From assembly GCF_963921235.1 (NCBI RefSeq), contig NC_086101.1, positions 6,884,001-6,948,000 on the forward strand: DNA of 64,000 nt, read 5' to 3'. Shown one piece after another: positions 52,290 through 63,795 of this stretch. Within the stretch, counting starts at the first letter, position 1. Each line of letters opens with the position of its first letter. The stretch is from Mobula hypostoma (lineage: Eukaryota). The notes under the pieces are model-generated. The model had not been told where the DNA came from and searched no databases. It saw only the letters and a program-made list of their open reading frames with translations. A program made the position numbers and the translations under genes.

Positions 52290-54045
52290 AGAGAGAGGCA
52301 AGAGTGGATATCGGACTGCTGGAAAATAATGCTGGAGGGGTAGCAATGGGGGACAATGAAAGGGTGGATGAACTGAAGACGTATTTTGCATCAGTCTTCA
52401 CTGTGGAAGAGACGAGCAGTATGGTGGGTGTCAGATGGCATGCCGTACGTGAAGTTCGCATTACTAGAGAACAGATTCGTGGGAAACTGAAAGATATTAA
52501 GGTAGCTGTCACCTGGACTAGACGGTGTACATACCAAGAGTTCTGAAAGAGGTGGCTGAGGAGATCATGGAGGCATTAGTAATGACCCTTCAAGAATCAC
52601 TGGATTCTGGAGTGGTTCTGGAAGACTGGAAAGTTGCAAATGTCTCTCTACTGTTCAAGAAGAGAGAGGCAGAATAAAGGAAACTCTGGGCCAGTTAGGC
52701 TGGAAAGGTGTTGAAGGTGATTATTAAGGAGCAGTTGTCAGGGTACTTGGAGGAATGATAAAATAGGCCGTAGTCAGCATGGTTTCCTCTAGGAAAGATC
52801 TTGCCTGATAAATCTGTTGGAATTATTTGAAGAAATAACAAGCCAGATAAACAAAGGAGAATCAGTTGATGTTGTGTACTTGTATTTTCAAAAGGCCTTT
52901 GACAAGGTGCCACACAAGCTTCGAGCCCACGGTATTACAGGAAAGAAACTAGCCGAGACAAAGCAGTGGCTGATTGGCAAGACGCAAAGAGTGGGAATAA
53001 GGGGAGCCTTTTCTGGCTGGTTGCCGGTGGCTAGTGGTGTTCCACAGGGGTCTGTGTTGGGACTGATTCTTTTCACATTGTATGTCAATTATTTGGATGA
53101 GAAAATTAATGGCTTTGTTAAAAAGTTTGCAGACGATATGTAGATAGATGGAAGGGCAGGTCCTTTTGAGGAAGTAGAGAAGTGGCAGAAGGACTTAGTT
53201 TTGGAGAATGGGCAAAGAAATGGCAGATGGAATACAGTGTCGGGAAGTGTATGGTCATGCACTTTGGCAGAAGAAATGTAAGGCTTGACTATTTTCTAAA
53301 TGGAGAGAAAATATTAAAAACCTGAGGTACAAAGGGACTTGGGAGTCCTTGTGCAGGACTGTCTAAATGTTGATTTGCAGATTGAGTCTGTGGTGACAAG
53401 GGTAAATGTGATTTTAGGATTCATTTCAAGAAGACTAGAACATTAAAGCAAGGATGTAATGTTGAAACTTTATAAAGCACTGGTGAGGCCTCACTTGGGG
53501 TATTGTGAGCAGGTTTGGGCCCTTTATCTTGGAGAGGATGAGCTAAAACTGGAGTGTGTTCAAACGAGGTTCATGAAAATGATTCCAGGTTGAATGGCCT
53601 GTCATATGAGCGGCGTTTGATGGCTCTGGGCCTGTATTCACTGGAATTCAGAAGAATGAGGGGTGAAACCTTTCAAATGGTGAAAGGCTTTGATAGAGTG
53701 GATATAGAGAGGATGTTTCCTATGGTGAGAGAGTCTAAGACCAGAGGACACTGTCTCAAAATGGGGAAGCATTCTTTTAGGACGGAGATGTGGAGGAATT
53801 TCTGTAGCCAGAGAGTGGTGAATCTGTGGAATTCTTTGCCACAAACTGCTGTGGTGACGAAGTCTTTATGTATATTTAAGGCAGAGGTTGATAGATTCTT
53901 GATTGGTCAGGGCATGAAGGGATATGGGGAGATGGCAGGAGATTGGGGTCGAGAGGAAAATTGGATCAGCTATGCTGAAATGGCGGAGCAGATTCGATGG
54001 GCCAAATGGCCTAATTCTGCTCCTATATCTTAGTCTTATGGTCTA
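52290..54045 (+). mobile_element. Degenerate CR1 ORF2 and 3' end (intronic)
   Basis: ORFs 52817-53143 (FQKAFDKV, GVPQGSVLG, FADD) and 53554-54033. TCTTATGGTCTATGG tail. Confidence 0.85.
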
Positions 54046-54406
54046 TGGTATAATTAAAATATTTTAAAATAAATTTAGGCAGGTACACGGATAGGAAATG
54101 GTTAGAGGGATATGGGACAAACACACGGAAATGGGGCTTACTCAAGAAGACATCTTAGCCCGGATGGATGAGTTGGGCCATGGGTTCAACATCTACCAAA
54201 CCCCTTCCCAGATCATCCTCCTGAGGAATCTCACCCTGGAGTCTGACTGTGAACTGTTGGTGTGACGTCAGTTCAGAGGGCAGTTCAGTGCCACAAAAAC
54301 AGGCAGATTGGATAAAGGTGGCAGATTTCATTCTGAAATGTAAATTTGTGTCTGCGTCTCTGACGATGTGTCGCAGTCTGCTGGTGTGACTGGGTACTTA
54401 TCACTG

Positions 54407-54407
<1 letters not shown>

Positions 54408-54486
<79 letters not shown>
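54408..54486. repeat. (TG)n microsatellite, imperfect
   Basis: Directly visible TG run with two interruptions. Confidence 0.97.
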
Positions 54487-54489
<3 letters not shown>

Positions 54490-54545
54490 GCTGTGCAATG
54501 CTGAGGATCCAACTACAATCTATCAATCGTGCTTGTGCATGTGTG

Positions 54546-54602
54546 TGAGGGAGATTTGCCAGGCTGGTTACATGAGGGAGATTTGCCAGGCTGGTTACAT
54601 GA
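54546..54602. repeat. Perfect 27-bp tandem duplication
   Basis: TGAGGGAGATTTGCCAGGCTGGTTACA twice, plus TGA. Confidence 0.95.
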
Positions 54603-54706
54603 TCTTCTCCCATCATTCACCGAGGTCAATGCTGATCGGTGTGTCCGGGCTCAGTCTGACGATGCGTCAATGTGGTGGTTTGATAACAACAGTGAGACTC
54701 GCGAGT

Positions 54707-54720
54707 CCAGCAGGGGGCAG
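54707..54720 (+). promoter_or_regulatory. Candidate CTCF site
   Basis: CCAGCAGGGGGCAG matches the CTCF core consensus. AP-1 TGAGTCA at 54724-54730 and CRE TGACGTCA at 54263-54270 lie in the same non-TE island. Confidence 0.4.
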
Positions 54721-55780
54721 AGCTGAGTCAATCAGACTGCGGTCACGGACAGGTCAGACAGGGTGAGTGGCACGAAGGACTGGTGTATTTTTCTGACAAT
54801 CCCTGTCACCACAGTGATACCAGATTTTATCCCCTTTAATGTCATTCATTGAGTGTTAACTCCAGAGCTACTGTGTTGGGATTCAAACTCATGCATTGGC
54901 GTATTTGTCCAGTGTGAATGGGATCAGGATGCAGTAGTTCACATAACAGTGCCGTGTATTGGTTGTATGTTGCCCCTGTGTCAGTCTGTTCAGGGATTTG
55001 CTATCTCCAGTGACCATGTGACAGTGATGCTTCCCAACAAGTGTGGTTGGTGCCAGAATTAACTTCAATTCCGACAACACAATCAGAGGCATGAGCAGGC
55101 CACAGTGACGAGGATTCCAGCAGGTTTGCGATGCTTGTTTAAAAGTACAGAAGGGACAAGTGGAGCAGCCATTGTCGGGGTGATCATCGTTGGGATTAGG
55201 TCAGTGGTGAGAGTAGGAGGATCAGGCTTTGGCTCAAAGGAGGCTTCATTGTTAAAAGAGGCATTACTCTGGATAAGCTTCTGTTAAAGTTCCCTTTTTT
55301 CTCTTACTGTACCTCATGTAGTAAATGCCTGTTGTATGTTCTTCATGCTGGATGTTGGAGTCCTGGGAGACCTGAGTCTCCCAGTGAACACCATCTGTGT
55401 GAAGTGCATCTGGCTCCAGCTCCCTGAAGACTGTATTAGGGATCTGGAGCAGCAGCTGGATGACCTACAGATTGTAGAGGAGAGTGAGGAGATCAGAATT
55501 ACTGGAAATTAGCCACCCCAAAATTGCAGGAGGTGAGTAGCTGGGAATCTGTCATGAGAAATGGAAATGTAAATAGGCAGTTAGCACAGTGAAAAGAGGT
55601 CCTGAACAGAGAACTTAGAGAACTAGGTAGAAAATTGAGAAGCAGGACCTTCCAGGAAGTAATTTCTCGATTGCTGCCTGTACCACGCGTCATTGTGGGT
55701 AGAAACAGGATGATTTGGCAAATTAATGCATGGCTGAGAAGCTGGTGGAGGGGGCAGGGCTTCAGGTTCTCGAATCATTG

Positions 55781-57625
55781 CTGCTTTGGCAAGTAAGGTG
55801 AAAATAAATCCAAAGGGTTTCTACAGTTATGTTAGTGGCAAAAGGATAGTGAGGGATCCCTTGGAGAATCAGAGTGGATGGCTATGTGCGGAGCCAAAAG
55901 AGATGGGGGAGATTTTGAACAATTTCTTTTCTTCTGTATTCACTAAGGAGAAGGATATTGAATTGTGTAAGGTAAAGGAAACAAGTGGGGTAGTTATGGA
56001 AAGTATGACAATTAAAGAAGAGGAAGTACTGGCGCTTTTAAGGAATATAAAAGTGGATAAGTCTCCGGGTCCGGACAAGATATTCCCCAGGACTTTGAGG
56101 GAAGTTAGTGTGGAAATAGCAGGGGCTCTGACAGAAATATTTCAAATGTCATTAGAAACGGGAATGGTGCCGGAGGTTTGTCGTACTGGTCATGTGGTTC
56201 CATTGTTTAAAGGGTTCTAAGAGTAAACCTGGCAATTATCAGCCTGTGAGTTTGACGTCAGTGGTGGGTAAATTGATGGAAAGTATTCTTAGAGACGGAA
56301 TATATAATTTTCTGGATAGACAGGGTCTGATTAAGAACAGTCATCATGGATTTGTGTGTGGAAGGTCATGTTTGACAAATCTTCTTGAATTTTTTGATGA
56401 GGTTGTTAAGAAAGTTGACGAGGGTAAAAAGCTGGATGTTGTCTATATGGACTTCAGTAAGGCCGCTGACAAGGTTCCACACAGAAGGTTAGTTAGGAAG
56501 GTTCAATCGTTAGGCATTAATATGGAAGTAGTAAAGTGGATTCAGCAGTGGCTAGATGGGAGATGCCAGAGAGTAGTGGTGGATAACTGTGTGTCAGATT
56601 GGAGGCCGGTGACTAGTGGTGTGCCTCAGGGATCTGTACTGGGTCCAATGTTGTTTGTAATATATATTAATGATCTGGATGATGGGGTGGTAAATTGGAT
56701 TAGTATGTATGCAGATGATACTAAGATAGGTGGTGTTGTGGATTATGAGGTAGGTTTTCAAAACTTGCAGAGAAATTTAGGCCAGTTAGAAGGGTGGGCT
56801 GAAAGATGGCAGATGGAGTTTAATGCTGAAAAATGTGAGGTGCTACATTTTGGTAGAACTGATCAAAATAGGACATACATAGTAAATGGTAGGGCATTAA
56901 AGAATGCTTCAGAACACAGGGATCTCGGAATAATGGTGCATAGTTCCCTGAAGATGGAATCTCATGTGGATAGGGTGGTGAAGAAAGCTTTTGGTTTGCT
57001 GGCCTTTATTAATCAGAGCATTGAGTATAGGAGTTGGGATGTAATATTGAATTTGTATAAGGCATTGGTAAAGCCAAATCTGGAGTATTGTGTACAGTTC
57101 TGGTCACCGAATTATACGAAAGATGTCAATAAAACTGAGAGAGTACAGAGGAGGTTTACTAAAATGTTGCCTGGGTTTCATCTCCTAAGTTACAGAGAAA
57201 GGTTGAACAAGTTAGGTCTTTATTCTTTGGAGCATGGAAGGTTGAGGGGGGACTTGATAGAGGTGTTTAAAATTATGAGGGGGATTGATAGAGTTGACGT
57301 GGTTAGACTTTTTCCATTCAAAGTGGGGAAGATTCAAACAAGAGGACATGGGTTGAGAATTAGAGGACAAAAGTTTAGGGGTAACATGAGGGGGAACTTC
57401 TTTTCTCGGAGAGTGGTAGCTGTGTGGATTGAGCTTCCAGCAGAAGTGGTTGAGTCAGGTTTGATGTTGTCGTTTAAAGTTAATTTGGATAGATATATGG
57501 ACAGGAAAGGAATGGAGGGTTATGGGCTGAGTGCAGGTCGGTGGGACTAGTATAGGGTAAGAGTTCGGCATGGACTAGAAGGGCCGAGATGGCCCATTTC
57601 CGTGCTGTAATTGTTATATGGTTAT
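55781..57625 (+). mobile_element. 5'-truncated CR1 (YADD subfamily) with 7-bp TSD
   Basis: ORFs 55786-56220 and 56192-57550 (YMDFSKA, GVPQGSVLGP, MYADD). ATCATTG occurs at 55774-55780 and 57626-57632. Confidence 0.9.
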
Positions 57626-58279
57626 ATCATTGAGATCTCTTCTGGGGGAGGTATGACCTGTTCAAAAGTGACAAGCTGCACTTGGACTTGAGGGGAATGA
57701 AAATTTTCGTGGGCAAGTTTGTTAGAGCTGTTGGGGAGGGTTTTAACTAATTTGGCAGGGGGTGGGAACTGGAGTGAAGGGACTCAGGTTAGGATGGATG
57801 GTAAAAAAGCAAAGATAACCTGCAGTTAGACTGTCAGGAAGGGCAGCCAGATGACAGGTCATAATTGCAGCCAGCAGGGTGAGTATCAGTGCATTAGGGA
57901 TGCAGAATCAAAAAGGGTAGCAAATGCAGTACTCAAAGTGTTATATTTCACTGCATGGAGGATAAGAAATAAGGTGGATGATCTTGTTACACTATTACAA
58001 ATTGCCAGGTATGATGTTGTGACCATCACTAAATCGGGGCTGAAGGATGTTTGTAGTTGGGAGCTGAATGTCCAAGGTTACACATTACATCAGACTGACA
58101 GGAAGGTAGGCAGAGGGGGTGGCATGTCTCTGCTGGCAAAGAATGGCATCAAATCGGTAGAAAGATCTGACATAGGAATGGAAGATGTTGAATCCTTGTG
58201 GGCTGAGTTAAGAAAATGCAAGGGTATATACAGGCCTCCCAATAGTAGCTGGGATGTGGACCACAGATTACAAGAGAAT

Positions 58280-59345
58280 AGGAGAGAATTCAAAATGCAG
58301 ATATGCAAAGGGACTCGGGAGTCCTTGTGCAAGATACCCTGAAGGTTAACCTCCAGGTTGAGTCGGTTGTGAAGAAGGCGAATGCAATATTGGCATTCAT
58401 TTCTAGAGGTATAGACTATAAGAGCAGGGATGTGATGTTGAGGCTCTATAAAGCATTTGTGAGACCACACTTGGAATATAGTGTGCAATTTTGCGCTCCT
58501 TATTTTAGAAAGGATATATTTAGAAAGGGTTTCTGAGAAGATTCATGAGAATGATTCCAGGAATGAAAGGGTTACCGTATGAGAAACATCCGGCATCTTT
58601 TGGGCTGTATTCCGTGGAGTTCAGGAGAGTGAGGTGGGATCTCATAGAAACATTCTGAATGTTAAAAGGCCTGAACAGATTAGGTATAGCAAAGTTATTT
58701 CCCATGGTAGGGGTTTCTAGGACAAGAGGGCACGACTTCAGGATTGAAGGACGTCCTTTTATAACTGAGATGCGGGGCTGGCTGGTGGTACAATGACATC
58801 GGTGCTGGACCCGGGAGCGGAGGTTCCCGGGTTCGAAACCAGTCGGGTCCGCTCCCAAGTACGCTTTCCATCCGTGCCATGTTGAGTGTCGAGATCGCAA
58901 CTCGACCTCGTAAAATAAAGGGAAAAATATTGCGAATATGTCTGCATGAGGAGTGGCACGCCACACAGTCTCTCTCTCGCTCCGCGCCTTGTAAAAAGCC
59001 ATGAAAAAGACATCATCACGGATGCACGCACGCACACAGACGCGCACAGACTCACACGCACGCAGGCACACGCCAAAAATAAAGAACTGAGATGCGGAGA
59101 AATTACTTTCATGAGAAGGCGGTAAATCTGTGGAATTTCTTGCTACGAGTGGCTATGGAGGCCAAGTCATTGGGTGTGTTTAGGGCAGAGATAGATAGGT
59201 TCTTGATTAGCCAGGGCATCAAAGGGTATGGGGTGAAGGCAGGGGAGTGGGGATGACTGGAAGAATTGGATCAGCCCATGATTGAATGGCGGAGAAGGCA
59301 CGATGGCCCAAATGGCCTACTTCTGCTCCTATATCTTATAGTCTA
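58280..59345 (+). mobile_element. CR1 3' fragment nested in the host APE domain
   Basis: ORF 58303-58536 reads MQRD.GVLVQD...LYKAFVRPHLEY. Tail TCTTATAGTCT at about 59335. Confidence 0.8.
58776..59084 (+). mobile_element. tRNA-derived SINE with 13-bp TSD and A-rich tail
   Basis: A-box-like TGGTACAATG and B-box GGTTCGAAACC (58830-58840). GCAC-rich 3' region and AAAAATAAAG tail. TSD AACTGAGATGCGG at 58763-58775 and 59085-59097. Confidence 0.85.
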
Positions 59346-60744
59346 ATATGGAAAAGGCATGTCAGAAGGGCAATGATATGATCATCATGGGAGATTTTAA
59401 TATGCAGGTCCATTGGGAAAATCAGGTTGGAAATGGATCTCAAGAGAGGGAGTTTGTTCAACGCCTAAGAGGTGGCTTTTTAGAGCAGTTTGTCGCTGAG
59501 CCTACCAGGGGATCAGCTCTACTGGATTTGGTGTTACGTAATGAACCGGAAGCGATTACTGAGCAGGCAGTGATCACAAAATGATTGAGTTCAAGTTGTA
59601 ATTTGATAGGGAGAAAGTAAAGTCCGACATAGAAGTATTACAGTGGAGTAAAGGAAATTACAGTGGTATGAGAAGTGTGTTGACCAAAGTAATTTGGAAG
59701 GATTTGGTGGCAGGGATGACAGCAGAGCAGCAATGGAGTGAGTTTCTGGGAAAAATGAAAAGTGCAGGATGGATGTATTCCAAAAACAAAGAAATATTCA
59801 AATGGTAAAATAGAACAAGGGAATCAAAACTAATGTAAAACCAAAAGAGAGGGCAGACAACAAAGCAAAAAGAGTGGGAAGAGATGACTGAGAAGCTTTT
59901 AAAACCCTACAGAGAGCAACTGAAAGAATCATTAGGAGGGAAAAGATGAAATATGAAAGCAAGCCAGCGAACAATATAAAAGTGGATAGTAAAAGCTTTT
60001 TCAAGTATGCAAAAATAAAAGAGAGATGAGAGAGGATGTAGGATTGCTAGAAAATGATCCCGGAGAAGTAATAACGGGGGACAAGGAGGTGGCAGAAGAA
60101 CTAAGTGAGTTCAGTTAATTTTACAAGGTAGAAGGTGCTCAGAAAGCTGAAAGACCTAAGGGTACATAAATGACCCAGACCAGATGAACTGCACACTTGG
60201 GGTCTGCAAGAGGTAGTGGTACAGATTGTGGAGCCATTAGTAATGATCTTTCAAAAATCATTTGACTCTGGTATGGTGCCAGACGACTGGAATATTGCAA
60301 ATGTCACTCCACTCTTTAAGAAAGGAGGAAGGCAGCAGAAAGGGAATTATGACCAGTTAGCCTGACCTTAGTGGTTGGGAAGACATTGGAGTCAATTGTT
60401 AAGGATGAGGTGATGGAGTACTTGGTGACACAGGACAAGATGGGACAAATTCAGCATGGTTCCTTAAGGAAAAATCTCGAAGGACAAACCTGTTGGAATT
60501 TGTTGAGAAGATTCCGCGTAGGATAGATAAAGGGGATGTTGTATATATGGATTTTCAGAAGGCCTTTGACAAGTTGCCACACGAGGCTACTTACAGGAAA
60601 GTTACTGGCATGTTTAGAGCATTGGCTGATTGGTAGGAGGCAGCGAGTGGGAATAAAATTATCACATCCTGGTTGGTTGCCCAGTGGTGTTCACAGGGCT
60701 CCGTGTTGGGACCACTTCCACTTATGCCGTATATAAATGACTTA

Positions 60745-60958
60745 CGAGGGGTGCTTGATAAGTTCATGGCCTAACATAGAGGGAGATGAGTTATACTGCT
60801 GTCGTTACATGCACATGCAGTTCAACTCTTTGAGTGATTATGCAGAAAGTTTGAAGTTAATAACTTTTGTGGTATTTCTCTTTCAGATAATTGAAAATTG
60901 CAAGTAAGCACTGTCTGAGAAAATGGACCTTAGGCCACGAAATTATCAATCACCCTCG
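60745..60958. mobile_element. Tc1/mariner-type MITE, 214 bp
   Basis: Imperfect TIRs of about 30 bp (CGAGGGGTGCTTGATAAGTTCATGGCCTAA / TTAGGCCACGAAATTATCAATCACCCTCG). TA duplication at 60743-60744 and 60959-60960 inside the CR1 motif ATAAATGACTTA|GATGAT. Confidence 0.85.
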
Positions 60959-61794
60959 TAGATGATGGGATGGATGGCTTTGTTGCTATGTTTGCAGCTG
61001 ATGGTGGAAGGGCAGGTAGTGTTGAGGAAACAGACAGGCTGCAGAAGGACTTAGGCAGATTCGGAGTATGGGCAAGAAAGTGGCAAATGAAACACCATGT
61101 TGGAAAATGATGCTCATGCACTTTGGTAGTAGAAATAAATCTGGAGACTGTATTCTAAGTGGTGAGAAAATCCAAAAATCTGAGATGCAAAGGGACTTGG
61201 GTGTCCTTGTGCAGAACACCCTAAATGGTTATCATATGAGGAACGTTTGACATTTCTGTGTCTGTACTTGCTGGAATTCAGAAGGATGAGGGGGGATCTC
61301 ATTGAAACCTTTCGAATGCTGAAATGCCTAGACAGAGTAGATGTAGAAAAGATGTTCCCCATGGTGGGGAATCTAGGACAAGAGGGCACAGCCTCAGGAT
61401 AGAGGGACATCCATTTAAACAGAGATGCGGAGAAATTTCTTTAGCCAGAGGGTGGTGAATTTAATGAATTTATTACCACAGGCAGCAGTGCAGGCCAGGT
61501 CATTGGGTGTACTTAAGACAGAGCACGACAGGTTCTTGATTGAACGTCGACATGGACATTGGACATGGCATCAAAGGTTACAGGGAGAAGGCCGGGGAGA
61601 GGGGCTGAGGAGGGGAAGAAAGGATCAGCCATGATTAAATGGCAGAGTAAATTCAATGGGCCAAAGAGACTAATTCTGCTCCTATGTCTTATTGTCTATA
61701 GTTTCCTTTCAGCCTATAATTACAGCCATATTTTGTGTCTAATTATAACTTAGTCGTGTCTCACAAACAAGGACAAATGAATCTTATGTTTTAC

Positions 61795-61913
61795 CTTGTT
61801 TAATGCTGATAATCGCTTCTTCCGACGCTATGTCGAGCAAATAGGGATGATTGAATTTTTCAACCAGTAGGGCACCATCTGCAACTGACAATATCTGCCT
61901 ATCGTCACTTATC
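61795..61913 (-). CDS. TRIM-family gene, penultimate coding exon (linker)
   Basis: atatttacAG acceptor and G|GTAAAA donor; 119 bp, phase 2 to 1. Reads (R)ISDDRQILSVADGALLVEKFNHPYLLDIASEEAIISIKQ(V) and joins in frame to the B30.2 exon. Confidence 0.85.
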
Positions 61914-62007
61914 CTGTAAATATTATACAGATGGTTATAAACTGAGCATCAGTGATATTTGAACTATATTATAAATTCATAGTGTTTCAGTAAAGACCAT
62001 GTCCTAC

Positions 62008-62030
62008 CTCCTCTTCCGACGAGCTTCCTC
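62008..62030 (-). CDS. TRIM-family gene, 23-bp mini-exon after the coiled coil
   Basis: ttatttatttcAG|GAG GAA GCT CGT CGG AAG AGG AG|GTAGGA gives EEARRKR(R). A 23-nt phase 0 to 2 exon is characteristic of B30.2 TRIM genes. Confidence 0.85.
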
Positions 62031-62705
62031 CTGAAATAAATAATACACAGATCTCAATTGATTGAGACGGACCATCGGCATCCCGACAGCAGGAATCTGA
62101 GCCAAGTTACTACAAGCTGCTGAAAATTCCCACTAAACTCATTCCCACTGACACGAATGGAAAAAGAGGGTCATTGAACCATGGGGGAAAGTACAAGGAA
62201 TGTTTATGAGAATTATACCATAACTGAGAGAAGGAACTTACATGGTTGTGTATTTTTATCTGGATATGATGTCAGGGAGGATCAAAGGGAGGAATTTAAG
62301 ATTCTGAATGGATTTGATAGAAAATATTTCTGCTTGGGCAGAGACAAAAAGTCAAAGATAAAACATCAGTTAGTCGTTAATAAATTCCACAAGAAACGTG
62401 GTGAAGAGAACGTGGAACTCACTGCCACAGGAGTGGTTGGAGTGGAACAGCAGAGTTTAAATATAATAAGGAAGCTGCATAGACACATGACGGACCATGG
62501 AGTTGGGGTCACTGTTACTGGGTGTGGTGAGTAGGTGGGAGGAGGCTTGTGAAGCAGGGAAACTGATAGGAGAGAATGGACTGAAAGACCTGTCTATGAT
62601 GGACAATGGGATATAATCCGATGAAGAATATTTCTGAAAAACAAAAGACAGTGCAAAATTCTCCAAAACACCAAATCTGATACAAACCAGATATAGATGG
62701 TAAAT

Positions 62706-63262
62706 CTCACAACATGCTGGGGGAACTCAGCAGGTCGGGCAGCATCCGTGAAAACGATCAGTCAACATTTCAGGCCAGAACCCTTCGTCAGGACTGAAGA
62801 GGGAAGGGGCAGAGGCCCTATAAAGAAGGTGGGGGAAGGGTGGGAAGGAGAAAGTTGGTGGTTGGCAGGTGAAAACCTAGTAAGGGGAAAGATAAAGGGG
62901 TGGGGAGGGGAAGCAGGGAGGGGATAAGCAGGAAAGGTGAAGAAAGAATAGGGGAAAAGACAATGGGTAGTAGAAGGAGGCAGAACCACAAGGGAGGTGA
63001 TAGGCGGCTGGGGGAGGGAGCAGAGTGAAACTGGGATGGGGGGGCGGGAGGAGGAGGGAATTACCAGAAGTTGGAGAATTCAATGTTCATACCGGGGGTT
63101 CCGGGTGGTGGGGAGACTACCCCTTCCCTCTTCAGTCCTGACAAAGGGTTCTGGCCCGAAACGTCAACCGATCTTTTCCACGGATGCTGCCTGACCTGCT
63201 GAGTTCCTCCAGCGTGTTGTGAGTGTTGTTTTGGCCCCAGCATCTGCAGAGTATTTTGTGTT
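62706..63262. mobile_element. Penelope-like 3' fragment bounded by inverted repeats of about 104 bp, each with a hammerhead motif
   Basis: 62706-62809 is the reverse complement of 63120-63223. The internal minus frame ends PGMNIEFSNFW*. Confidence 0.8.
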
Positions 63263-63379
63263 TAGATGGTAAATCTGATGTGAGGGTCACATTCTGGAAT
63301 TCAACCTCAGTTCCCACTGATCAACAGTGGTTAACGGTGGTAAATAACAGTGGTTATCTCTTCAGCGGTTTGAACGGGG

Positions 63380-63795
63380 CATGACTGCGCAAGCGCATGG
63401 AGGTCGGCCAGTGAGAACAGCCGTAAGAGTTTAAAAGGAAGACAGATTTACAGAGCGGGCGACAGAGTAGTGGGAGACAGAGTCAGAAGGCTTTGGCTCA
63501 AAGGGGCTTTGGTGATAAAGGGTCGTAGTTATCTGTTTAAAATAAGGACAGAAAATATGTGTGTGATGCGGTTTTCTATGCTCGGTGTCAGATGTGGGAG
63601 GTCCTGGAGACTTCAGGCGTCCCGGACGGCCACATCTGCATCAGGTGGGTTGAGCGGCAGCTCCTTAGGGACCGCGTCAGGGAACTGGAGCTGCAGCTCG
63701 ATGACCTCCGCCTGGTGAGGCAGAGTGAGGAGGTGATAGGGAGGAGCTATAGGCAGGTAGTCACCCCGGGACCACAGGAGACAGAGAAGTGGGTC
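63380..63795 (+). mobile_element. CR1 5' end and ORF1 N-terminus
   Basis: Frame CQMWEVLETSGVPDGHICIRWVERQLLRDRVRELELQLDDLRLVR, homologous to 10377-10706. Confidence 0.8.

Larger units (their letters stand above)
55120..61700 (+). mobile_element. Old near-full-length CR1 hosting four nested insertions
   Basis: ORF1 remnants (about 55320-55780 and 57630-57750), APE (57851-58280 and 59348 onward), RT remnants to about 61500, and tail TCTTATTGTCTATAG near 61690. Confidence 0.8.

Noticed and set aside
54285..54766. His/Thr- and Cys/Val-rich ORFs
   Set aside because: They are translations of the (TG)n microsatellite.
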